Both the position numbers and the translations under genes were made by a program. Below are positions 1-8,509 of a DNA stretch of 64,000 bases, piece after piece. Source of the DNA: an uncultured Pelagibacteraceae bacterium (GTDB taxonomy: Bacteria > Pseudomonadota > Alphaproteobacteria > Pelagibacterales > Pelagibacteraceae); assembly GCA_902589505.1 (NCBI GenBank), contig CACITE010000002.1:35740-99739 (forward strand), given 5' to 3'. The notes beneath the pieces were generated by a model. It was given only the letters and a program-made list of their open reading frames with translations. It did no database searches and was not told the DNA's origin. Numbering within the stretch: position 1 is the stretch's first letter; the number at the start of each line of letters is the position of its first letter.

Positions 1-75
1 AGAATTGATACAGCAAATGAAGTTGAATATTATAAAAACGACGGAATATTAAAATACGTTTTAAGAAGTATGCTA
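1..75 (+). CDS. 3' end of an aconitate hydratase-type gene (partial)
   Basis: Frame 1 reads ...[25 protein letters not shown]. The YY-N-GIL-YV-R tail resembles the C-terminus of AcnA/IRP-type aconitases. Only 24 codons are visible. Confidence 0.45.
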
Positions 76-77
76 TA

Positions 78-1583
78 ATGAGAAATATTAAAGTAAGAGT
101 ACATAAATCATCGGCTAAGTTAAAAAAAGAAGATCAACTAGCCTGGAAAATTGCTGAAATTGCTTCAGATAAAGCTCCTTTAAATGAAGATGCGATTGAT
201 ATGGTTATCAATAGGATCATTGATAATGCTTCTGTAGCAATAGCTTCATTAAATAGAAACCCTGTTATTTCTGCACGAGAAATGGCATTAGCCCACCCAA
301 GAGAGAATGGAGCAACAGTTTTTGGAATTAATTCTAATCAAACATTTCATTGTGAGTGGGCTGCTTGGGCAAATGGAACCGCAGTAAGAGAATTAGATTT
401 TCATGATACTTTCCTTGCTGCAGACTATAGCCATCCAGGTGATAATATTCCTGCGATTTTAGCAGTAGCTCAACAAAAAAATTTGAGCGGCGTGGATTTA
501 ATTAGAGGAATTATTACGGGATATGAAGTCCAAGTTAATCTTGTTAAGGGAATCTGTTTGCACGAACATAAAATTGATCACATAGCTCATTTGGGACCAA
601 GTGTTGCTGCAGGAATAGGATCTTTGTTAAAACTTGATACTGAAACTATTTATCAATCTATTCAACAAGCATTACACACAACAATTTCTACAAGACAATC
701 AAGAAAAGGTGAAATTTCAAGTTGGAAAGCCTTTGCACCAGCTCATGCAGGAAAGTTAGCTATTGAAGCAGTTGATAGAGCAATGAGAGGAGAAGGAGCG
801 CCGAGCCCAATTTATGAAGGTGAAGACAGTGTAATAGCTTATGTTCTTTCAGGACCTAAAGCAAAATATACTGTTCCATTACCAAAAGTTAATGAAGAAA
901 AAAAAGCTATTTTAGAAACTTATACCAAAGAACATTCAGCCGAATATCAATCGCAAGCACTGATAGATCTAGCAAGAAGTTTAAATAAAAAAATAAAGAA
1001 TGTCTCAGATATTAAAAAAATTGAAATTCACACAAGCCATCACACTCACAATGTGATTGGAACTGGAGCAAATGATCCACAAAAAATGGATCCAAAAGCA
1101 AGCAGAGAAACACTTGATCACTCTATTATGTATATTTTCGCAGTGGCCCTAGAAGATGGCAAATGGCATCATGTAGATTCCTATACTCCAGAAAGAGCTA
1201 ACACCAAAAGTACTGTCGAGCTATGGAAAAAAATCAAAACATTTGAGGATAAAAAATGGACAAAAAAATATCACGATCCCAATCCAAACAAAAAGTGCTT
1301 TGGTGGAAAAGTATTAATTAAGATGAAAAATGGATCAAAAATTGTTGAAGAAATTAGTGTTGCGGATGCTCACCCCAATGGAAAAAATCCATTTAAAAGA
1401 AAAGATTATATTAAAAAATTTAAGACACTTACAAATGGTATTATTGAAGCGAGTGAATCAGAAAGATTTTTAAATGATGTTCAAAATTTAAGAAATTTAA
1501 GTAAATCAGAGCTTGATAAGCTAAATATTCAACTAAAAGAAGACATTCACCAAAATAAAATTTCTAATAAAGGTATTTTTTAA
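78..1583 (+). CDS. prpD: 2-methylcitrate dehydratase (MmgE/PrpD family)
   Basis: 501-aa ORF with full-length MmgE/PrpD-like sequence. ATG lies 2 nt after the upstream stop. Confidence 0.85.
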   Translation: MRNIKVRVHKSSAKLKKEDQLAWKIAEIASDKAPLNEDAIDMVINRIIDNASVAIASLNRNPVISAREMALAHPRENGATVFGINSNQTFHCEWAAWANGTAVRELDFHDTFLAADYSHPGDNIPAILAVAQQKNLSGVDLIRGIITGYEVQVNLVKGICLHEHKIDHIAHLGPSVAAGIGSLLKLDTETIYQSIQQALHTTISTRQSRKGEISSWKAFAPAHAGKLAIEAVDRAMRGEGAPSPIYEGEDSVIAYVLSGPKAKYTVPLPKVNEEKKAILETYTKEHSAEYQSQALIDLARSLNKKIKNVSDIKKIEIHTSHHTHNVIGTGANDPQKMDPKASRETLDHSIMYIFAVALEDGKWHHVDSYTPERANTKSTVELWKKIKTFEDKKWTKKYHDPNPNKKCFGGKVLIKMKNGSKIVEEISVADAHPNGKNPFKRKDYIKKFKTLTNGIIEASESERFLNDVQNLRNLSKSELDKLNIQLKEDIHQNKISNKGIF

Positions 1584-1626
1584 TCAATTTTAATTATAGA
1601 ATAAAGGAAAGAGGGGGAAATAAAAT

Positions 1627-1923
1627 ATGGCAAAAGAAATGCTTGCAATAGCAAAGCTTAAATCTGGTGAAGGAAAATTTGAAAAATTCATGGGATTTAT
1701 GCAATCAGATGAAGGAATGGCAGTAAGAAAAACTATTGCTCATGTTGAAAAAACAGTTCCAGCAATAGGACCAGATAAAAGTTATGTTATGTTTAAAGTC
1801 TCAGTTCATAATGAAGCAGAAATGAAGAAGTTCGCTTCAGGTAATAACCCGATAGCAAAACCTATTTTCGATGAATGTATCGAAGTTGTTCAAATGTATG
1901 AATTGAGTAAAGTTAATCTATAA
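1627..1923 (+). CDS. hypothetical small soluble protein (98 aa)
   Basis: Purine-rich SD (AAAGGAAAGAGGGGG) just upstream of the ATG. No motif I recognise. Confidence 0.6.
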   Translation: MAKEMLAIAKLKSGEGKFEKFMGFMQSDEGMAVRKTIAHVEKTVPAIGPDKSYVMFKVSVHNEAEMKKFASGNNPIAKPIFDECIEVVQMYELSKVNL

Positions 1924-1951
1924 AGATTAATAATAAAAAAGGATAATAATA

Positions 1952-2365
1952 ATGATAGAAAAATTTAATGGAATAATTTACTTAATTGTTTTTTTAGTTC
2001 ATTTTGCTGGATATGCTTTTTACGCATTCAGATGTTTAGCTGGAACTAAAGCATTTGTAGATCAATACGGCATGGGAGATGGTGCTGCAATAATGACGAG
2101 ATTTTTTGGCTCTTTTATTGTTGGTTCTGTCTTGATGGCAATTTATGTAGGTTTTGTAAGAGCTGATGGATTATCAAACACATGGGCATTTTTTAATTTA
2201 ATTTTCTTACAAAATACATTTGCTTTTATTTTTGCAATTTGGTCTCATAAAAAAGGAAATTTGGGCACTAATGAGAAAACTTCAATTGAAGGAATAATTG
2301 CCCCAGGTGTTTTAACTTTATTAAGTGCAGTTCTTTGTTACGGACTTGCAGATATAATTTACTAG
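1952..2365 (+). CDS. hypothetical membrane protein (about 4 TM)
   Basis: 137-aa ORF with four hydrophobic segments and an SD-like AAAAGGA upstream. Confidence 0.55.
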   Translation: MIEKFNGIIYLIVFLVHFAGYAFYAFRCLAGTKAFVDQYGMGDGAAIMTRFFGSFIVGSVLMAIYVGFVRADGLSNTWAFFNLIFLQNTFAFIFAIWSHKKGNLGTNEKTSIEGIIAPGVLTLLSAVLCYGLADIIY

Positions 2366-2973
2366 AACCAAGAAGCAAAAGGGTCGTTGATCGTAAGCAC
2401 TCCGTAATCCATTAGGCCTCCGATAATTAATTGGACGGCTACTAATAAAATTACCGCTAGACCAACATACCCAACCCATTTGTGGTCTTGAATAAATTTT
2501 GCAAAATATGTAGCTAACGCACCAACCAAAATTACTGAGAAAACTAAACCAAACAATAACAGCAAGTAATGTTCTTTTGCTGCTCCAGCAACGCCTAAGA
2601 CGTTATCGAAACTTAAAGTTATATCTGCAATCAAAACTTTATAAACACCACTCATGAAAGAAGGTTCTTTAGATTGTTTCGTCGGTGATTTTATTTTTTT
2701 TACTGTAAATAAATCTATTCTAAGTTCATTAACTATCCATAAAAGAAGCGCGCCTCCAATTAACTTGATAAATGCAAATTGAAGTAAAAAGGTTGCTGAA
2801 AAGGCAAATATGACTCTGAATATAAAAGCGGCAAAAACCCCCCACATAATTATCTGTTTTCTATTTTTAGGAGCAAAATTTGCTGCAACCATACCAATGA
2901 TAATGGCGTTATCTGCAGCCATTACGATATCGATAAATACAATTTGAATAAATATTAGGGTTTCTTCTAGCAC
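2362..2973 (-). CDS. TerC/YjbE-family integral membrane protein
   Basis: Duplicated TerC-type motifs (VMAADNAIIIG and SFDNVLGVAGAA) in a multi-TM protein. Confidence 0.8.
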   Translation of the reverse strand: MLEETLIFIQIVFIDIVMAADNAIIIGMVAANFAPKNRKQIIMWGVFAAFIFRVIFAFSATFLLQFAFIKLIGGALLLWIVNELRIDLFTVKKIKSPTKQSKEPSFMSGVYKVLIADITLSFDNVLGVAGAAKEHYLLLLFGLVFSVILVGALATYFAKFIQDHKWVGYVGLAVILLVAVQLIIGGLMDYGVLTINDPFASWF

Positions 2974-3029
2974 TTTTTATATTTTTTTATTCTATAAGCT
3001 AAATAATTATATTGCAATTACTCATTAGC

Positions 3030-3491
3030 TTAAATGAAAGGATCGTAAGCCCATTGCAGAATTGCTTGCCTTTGTTTTCTTCTACAATGAATGTCACCTG
3101 GTTCACAATTTTTCTTAATGGCTGTCACATGTCTTTTGAATGCTTTCCATCTTTTAATTTGAATTTCATCTATATGAGGAATTCTTCTGCCATTTTTAAA
3201 TCTGCAATACCATTGAAACCAACCCAACGGATCTTCTTTAAAAATCCATCCTTTATTTAACCATTCTTTTCTAGTTAAACCAGCTCTGACTTTAAATCTA
3301 TTTTTTTTAACATCAAAAGTTTTACCTAATTTTGCTTTTTTAAACCAAGATTTTGGATATTCTTTTATTTTTCTTCCAAAATATGAACCACCAAACACAC
3401 CAAGCTCTAACATTTTTTTTGGGGATAGCTGAGGTTTAAACAACTTATAAAAGTCGTGTGATTTTAATTTTCTTTTTATTATTGTTTTCAA
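3030..3491 (-). CDS. conserved hypothetical basic Trp/Cys-rich protein
   Basis: 153-aa ORF starting 1 nt after the pxpA stop. Contains GWFQWYCRF..GRR and RW.AF.RH segments. Family not recognised. Confidence 0.6.
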   Translation of the reverse strand: MKTIIKRKLKSHDFYKLFKPQLSPKKMLELGVFGGSYFGRKIKEYPKSWFKKAKLGKTFDVKKNRFKVRAGLTRKEWLNKGWIFKEDPLGWFQWYCRFKNGRRIPHIDEIQIKRWKAFKRHVTAIKKNCEPGDIHCRRKQRQAILQWAYDPFI

Positions 3492-3492
3492 G

Positions 3493-4266
3493 TTAAATAA
3501 ATTTTTTTAATTTATTTAAGGGTTTTAATGAAATTCCAGATTTAATCAATCCTTCTTTAATTTCTTTTGCCGTACTGACTGCGCTTTTTCCATCTCCATG
3601 CACACAAATGGAATCAATGTCGCAGGGAATTTGTTTTCCAGAGTAACAGTTTAAAGCTTGTGTTTCGACCATTTTTATAACATGTTTTTTTGCAACTTCT
3701 GGATCAGTTATCAGTGCATTATCTTTTTTTCTTGAAATTAAATTACCATCATCTTCGTAATTTCTATCAGCAAATATTTCTGCAGCAACTTTTAGGTTAA
3801 GTTTCTTTCCAGCCTTTTCCATTTGAGATCCGGTTGGAACTAAAAATATTAAATCTTTATTTGCTTCAATAATTGATTCAGATATTACCTTTGCTAAATC
3901 ATAGTTTTCACACGCCATATTATTCAAAGCCCCATGGGGCTTAACGTGTGTAACTTTTATTTCTTTGTCATTAGCAATACTCGTTAAAATAGCAATTTGA
4001 TCTATAATTAGTTTTTTTATTTCTTTAGCTGGTAAATCAAGTCTCTTTCTTCCAAAATTTTCTGGATCATTAAAAGAAGGGTGGGCCCCTATACTTACAT
4101 TATTTTTTTTTGAAATTTCAATTGTTTTTTCCATGGTTGCCTCATCACCGGCATGATAACCACAGGCAATATTTGCAGAATTAACAATACTTAGTAATAA
4201 AGGATCGTTCTCTGTTGAATGTAATTTCGAACTTTCCCCCAAGTCACAATTGATATTAATTTCCAT
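3493..4266 (-). CDS. pxpA: 5-oxoprolinase subunit A (LamB/YcsF family)
   Basis: N-terminal NCDLGES and ANIACGYHAGD motifs typical of LamB/YcsF. Confidence 0.9.
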   Translation of the reverse strand: MEININCDLGESSKLHSTENDPLLLSIVNSANIACGYHAGDEATMEKTIEISKKNNVSIGAHPSFNDPENFGRKRLDLPAKEIKKLIIDQIAILTSIANDKEIKVTHVKPHGALNNMACENYDLAKVISESIIEANKDLIFLVPTGSQMEKAGKKLNLKVAAEIFADRNYEDDGNLISRKKDNALITDPEVAKKHVIKMVETQALNCYSGKQIPCDIDSICVHGDGKSAVSTAKEIKEGLIKSGISLKPLNKLKKFI

Positions 4267-4318
4267 TTTCTAAATCCATAGTTTATTTAATCGGGAATAA
4301 GAACTATTATATCAATTT

Positions 4319-5005
4319 ATGTTCAAGAAACTAAATAATATTGGTGATTGCGGAATCGTATGTGATTTTGGGGATGAAGTTAGTAGAAGCATAAATACTA
4401 GTGTTATCAAATTATTTTACTACATAAAAAAGGAAGTTTCAGAAGGAAATTTGGATGGAGTATTAAATTACACTCCATCATATAACAAGTTAATTATAAA
4501 TTTTGATCTTGGAAAAATAAATTCATCGAAAATAAAAGATTTTTTAAATTCTGTGGATTTTTCAAAATTAAAGACTTCCCAAAATAGCAAAAAATGGACA
4601 ATCCCTATTTGTTATGATTTTGAGATGGATTTAACAAACATGAGTAAGACTTTAAAAATAGATAAGGATAAAATTATAGATATTCATTTAAATACAAATT
4701 TTTTTATTTATATGGTTGGTTTTATTCCCGGCCATCCTTTTATGGGTGACCTAGATTCAAAACTTTTTTTAAATCGTTTAAAAACACCGAGAGTTAAAAT
4801 ACCAGCAGGATCAGTTGGTATTGTAGAAAAATTTTGCAATATTTATTCTTATGAGAGCCCGGGCGGTTGGAATATTATAGGAAGAACTCCTACTAAACTT
4901 TTTAATAAAAAAGACGAGTCCAATCCTTGTCTTTTATCTCCAGGAGATTCTGTAAAATTTAAATCAGTTTCAAAAAAGGAGTTTGAAAAATTAAACAATG
5001 AGTAA
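4319..5005 (+). CDS. pxpB: 5-oxoprolinase subunit B (KipI / allophanate hydrolase subunit 1 family)
   Basis: GF.PGHPF..D and ESPGGWNIIGRTP motifs. Divergent from pxpA and overlaps pxpC by 8 nt. Confidence 0.85.
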   Translation: MFKKLNNIGDCGIVCDFGDEVSRSINTSVIKLFYYIKKEVSEGNLDGVLNYTPSYNKLIINFDLGKINSSKIKDFLNSVDFSKLKTSQNSKKWTIPICYDFEMDLTNMSKTLKIDKDKIIDIHLNTNFFIYMVGFIPGHPFMGDLDSKLFLNRLKTPRVKIPAGSVGIVEKFCNIYSYESPGGWNIIGRTPTKLFNKKDESNPCLLSPGDSVKFKSVSKKEFEKLNNE

Positions 5006-5957
5006 TATTTTTTTTGAAGTTCTGAGGCCTGGTATTAATACAACGTTCCAAGACGGAGGACGTTTTCATATGCAGCATTTTGGAGTAACTCCAGGAGGAT
5101 GCATGGACATAGAATCGTTTTTAATTGCAAATGCCTTAGTTGGAAATTCTTCTAACGAGGGAGTTATTGAGTTTGCTTATCAAGGTCCATTGCTAAAACT
5201 AATTAAAGGTAAAACAAAAATCTCAATCACCGGTAATGTTCTTTTCCAAATAAAAAAATTAAATGAAGAAGCAATAAAAGGACAATGCTACAGAACTTAT
5301 AATTTAGATGAGGGAGATCAACTTGATATTTTAGCAACGAAACAATCTGCTTATGGTTATATGGCTTTAGAAGGAGGATTTGATTTAAAGTATTTTTGTA
5401 AAAGCGTTTCTATTTTAGATAGAGCTGAAATTGGTTCCAATGACGGAAAAAAAATAAAGACAAATGATAAAATAAATATAAAAAGAAACAGAAATGAAAA
5501 GAAAAATTTTAGAACAAATTTTTCAAACACCAACAGAGATACAATTAGAGTTTTAAAGGGACCTCAATTTGATTCTTTTGCTAAAGACAGTCAAAAAGAT
5601 TTTTTTTCAAAAAATTATAAAATTTCCAATTTAACTGATCGAATGGGAATGAGATTGGAAGGAAGTATTATAAAAAATATTGTCAGTACAAACATAAGAT
5701 CGGAGGGTATAACAAAGGGTGCAATTCAAGTTCCTGCTGATGGGCAGCCAATTATATTATTAACTGATTATCCTACCATTGGGGGCTATCCTAAAATTGC
5801 AAATGTAATATCAGCAGATTACAACTTACTGATACAAAAAACTCCTGGAGAAAAAATATTTTTTAAATTAATTGAGTTGCGCGAAGCTGAGCAATTGTAT
5901 AAAGAACATCTCAATAATATTTCTAAAACTATAAAAAATATTAAAGAGATAAATTGA
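4998..5957 (+). CDS. pxpC: 5-oxoprolinase subunit C (KipA / allophanate hydrolase subunit 2 family)
   Basis: PG..TT.QD.GR....H.GV...G.MD N-terminus and TIGGYPKIA motif. Confidence 0.85.
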   Translation: MSNIFFEVLRPGINTTFQDGGRFHMQHFGVTPGGCMDIESFLIANALVGNSSNEGVIEFAYQGPLLKLIKGKTKISITGNVLFQIKKLNEEAIKGQCYRTYNLDEGDQLDILATKQSAYGYMALEGGFDLKYFCKSVSILDRAEIGSNDGKKIKTNDKINIKRNRNEKKNFRTNFSNTNRDTIRVLKGPQFDSFAKDSQKDFFSKNYKISNLTDRMGMRLEGSIIKNIVSTNIRSEGITKGAIQVPADGQPIILLTDYPTIGGYPKIANVISADYNLLIQKTPGEKIFFKLIELREAEQLYKEHLNNISKTIKNIKEIN

Positions 5958-6823
5958 CAATATTAAATAAAATTCCTGGTCCAGTTTTAGTTTTACTTGG
6001 TGCTCTGTGTTTAAGTTTTGGTGGCATAATCGTAAAATCTTTTGAAGGAGCCAATTTATGGCAAATCCTTTTTTGGAGACAATTTTTTTTCTCAATTATA
6101 GTAGCTCTATATTTATTAATCACTTTTAAAGAAAAATTCTTTAAATCATTTCAAGCATCTGGATTACCTGGAATTATAGCTGGAATATTTTTGGGAATTG
6201 GTTTTTCTGCTTATGTATTTGCCATGTATCATACTACTGTTGCTAATACTCTTTTTATTATTTCTACAGAAACAATTTTTTTAGCACTATTTGGTTATTT
6301 TTTTCTAAAAGAAAAAATTAATTTTGTAACTTTAATTTCAATTATTATGGGTATGTCAGGTGTACTTCTTATAATTGGAAGTTCTTTGTCTATTCAATCT
6401 AGCAGTCAATTTCTTGGTAATATTGTTGCATTCGTAATGCCAATTTCGTTCGCAGTACTAATTATCATAGTGAGAAAATATCCAAAAGTGGACATGGTTC
6501 CATCCCAATTTATAGCAGGAATTTTTGCTGCTTTGATTGGATATTTAGTTGCTGGCAAACTGTCTATATCATCTCATGATTTATTTTTAGGTTTTTTAGC
6601 AGGAACTTTTCAAATTGGTTTTGGATTTATAATGATTACCATTGGATCTCAAACTACACCTGCAGCTGTAGTTGGTATTTTAATGTTAACCGAAGCAGTT
6701 TTTGGACCACTTTGGGCTTGGCTTTTTATTAACGAAATACCACCTTCAAGTGTGATTATTGGGGGAGGAGTTATTATTTCGGCAATTTTATTTGAGTTTT
6801 TTTTCAGTCCAAAAAAAAAATAA
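5954..6823 (+). CDS. DMT/EamA-family transporter
   Basis: About 10 hydrophobic helices in two EamA-like halves. TTG start overlaps the pxpC stop. Confidence 0.8.
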   Translation: MTILNKIPGPVLVLLGALCLSFGGIIVKSFEGANLWQILFWRQFFFSIIVALYLLITFKEKFFKSFQASGLPGIIAGIFLGIGFSAYVFAMYHTTVANTLFIISTETIFLALFGYFFLKEKINFVTLISIIMGMSGVLLIIGSSLSIQSSSQFLGNIVAFVMPISFAVLIIIVRKYPKVDMVPSQFIAGIFAALIGYLVAGKLSISSHDLFLGFLAGTFQIGFGFIMITIGSQTTPAAVVGILMLTEAVFGPLWAWLFINEIPPSSVIIGGGVIISAILFEFFFSPKKK

Positions 6824-6869
6824 CTTTATTCATTTGAAAATTATTCACATCTGTCATAAACTCCATTTA

Positions 6870-7012
6870 ATACGGGAGAGACCAATTTAATTGGCGCCGA
6901 AGGAGCAACCACCCCGGAAACTCTCAGGCAAAAAGGACCGTACATAATAACTCTGGAAAGAAGGCTTAGCCTCACCGAAGGAGTAAATCTCTCAGGTAAC
7001 TAGACAGAGGGG
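6870..7012 (+). promoter_or_regulatory. tandem glycine riboswitch (two aptamers)
   Basis: Aptamer 1: GGGAGAG...CGCCGAAGGAGCAA...CTCTCAGGCAAAAAGGACCG. Aptamer 2: CTCTGGAAAG...CACCGAAGGAGTAA...CTCTCAGGTAACTAGACAGAG. It sits directly upstream of gcvT and is locally much more GC-rich than its surroundings. Confidence 0.9.
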
Positions 7013-7029
7013 GTTTGATAAGAGTTATT

Positions 7030-8124
7030 ATGGAAATACAGAAAACAGCTTTATACAATTATCATAAAAGTCTGGGAGCAAAATTTGTCCCCTTCGCTGG
7101 TTATGAGATGCCAGTGCAATATTCATCGGGAATTGTAGATGAACATAAAACAACTAGACGTAGTGCAGGTATGTTCGATGTCTCGCATATGGGTCAATTA
7201 TCAATCGAAGGAAATCAAGATTTGGCAGCAGAATTAGAAAAAATCATACCAGTAGATTTAAAAAAAATAAAAATAAATCAATCGAAGTATTCTTTTCTTA
7301 CTAACGAAGAGGGCGGAATCTGTGATGACTTAATTGTAACTAAAGTTGAAAAAGGTTTTAATATTATTCTCAATGCTGCATGCAAAAACAATGATTTTAA
7401 AATTATTAGTAGTTCGCTTAAGAATAAATTTAAAATAGTTTTACATAAAAATTTATCTCTAATTGCTTTGCAAGGGCCAAAATCATCAAAAATATTAGAA
7501 AAAATAATTAGTGGAGTTTCTTCTCTTAAATTTATGAATGGAAATAAATTTTCTTATAATGGGGAAAATCTATATATCACAAGATCGGGTTATACAGGCG
7601 AAGATGGATTTGAAATCTCCATATCAAATAAATTTGTAGAAGACTTTGCAAAAAAATTAATATCGCATGACGTAAAACCAATTGGCTTGGGAGCAAGAGA
7701 TACTCTAAGATTAGAAGCCGGATTGTGTCTTTATGGCCATGACATAAATGAAACTACAAGTCCAATTGAAGCAAATCTTAAATGGGCTATTTCCAAGAGA
7801 AGAAGAGAAGAGGGTGGATTTGTAGGATACAAAAAAATAAAATCTGATTTAAATGGTAGTTTAAGTCGATTAAGAGTTGGTGTTAAGCCTGAAGGAAAAA
7901 TTATAGCTAGGGAGGGAGTTAAAATTTTTTCTGGAGATGGTAAGGAAATTGGATCTATTACAAGTGGTACTTTTGGTCCAAGCGTTAACAGATCTATTGC
8001 TATGGGTTATGTAAAATTAAATTTTTCAAAACCAGGAACAAAGATCTTTTTGGAAGTTAGAGAAAAGAAACATGAAGCTAAAATTTCGGAGCTTCCATTT
8101 TATAAAAAAAACTATGTGAGGTAA
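7030..8124 (+). CDS. gcvT: glycine cleavage system aminomethyltransferase T
   Basis: Full-length GcvT-like sequence (FAGYEMPVQY, FDVSHMG, YTGEDGFEIS). ATG at 7030 preferred over the TTG at 7015. Confidence 0.95.
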   Translation: MEIQKTALYNYHKSLGAKFVPFAGYEMPVQYSSGIVDEHKTTRRSAGMFDVSHMGQLSIEGNQDLAAELEKIIPVDLKKIKINQSKYSFLTNEEGGICDDLIVTKVEKGFNIILNAACKNNDFKIISSSLKNKFKIVLHKNLSLIALQGPKSSKILEKIISGVSSLKFMNGNKFSYNGENLYITRSGYTGEDGFEISISNKFVEDFAKKLISHDVKPIGLGARDTLRLEAGLCLYGHDINETTSPIEANLKWAISKRRREEGGFVGYKKIKSDLNGSLSRLRVGVKPEGKIIAREGVKIFSGDGKEIGSITSGTFGPSVNRSIAMGYVKLNFSKPGTKIFLEVREKKHEAKISELPFYKKNYVR

Positions 8125-8127
8125 AAA

Positions 8128-8508
8128 ATGAGTGAGAAGAAGTTTTCAAAACAACATGAATGGATCACTGTAGAAGGAGATATTGCAACAGTTGGCATTA
8201 CAAAACATGCTTCAGAGATGTTAGGCGATGTAGTTTTTGTAGAATTGCCTGAAAAAGGAAAAAATGTTCAAAAAGAAGGTCAAGCAGGAGTTGTTGAATC
8301 TACTAAAGCAGCAAGTGATGTTTATACTCCAATCACTGGTGAAGTTACTGAAACTAATCAGTCCGTCGTGGATGATCCTGGTTCAGTTAATAAAGATCCT
8401 GAAGGGGCAGCTTGGTTTTTTAAAATTAAAATAAAAAATAAATCTGAATTAGATGGTTTAATGAGCAAAGTTGATTACGATAAATTTACAAAGGAAAATC
8501 CTAATTAA
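8128..8508 (+). CDS. gcvH: glycine cleavage system H protein
   Basis: Lipoyl-lysine motif [11 protein letters not shown] and HEW N-terminus. Confidence 0.95.
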   Translation: MSEKKFSKQHEWITVEGDIATVGITKHASEMLGDVVFVELPEKGKNVQKEGQAGVVESTKAASDVYTPITGEVTETNQSVVDDPGSVNKDPEGAAWFFKIKIKNKSELDGLMSKVDYDKFTKENPN

Positions 8509-8509
8509 A

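Noticed and set aside
3012-3260. 82-aa + strand ORF
   Set aside because: It is antisense to the longer 3030-3491 ORF, which is translationally coupled to pxpA. It has no SD and a low-complexity translation.
7015-8509. Longer N-terminal extensions of gcvT (TTG 7015) and gcvP (8471)
   Set aside because: The 7015 TTG sits immediately after the G-rich SD, and the extension has no GcvT similarity. The 8471 extension overlaps gcvH in another frame, and an ATG at 8510 starts the conserved N-terminus.
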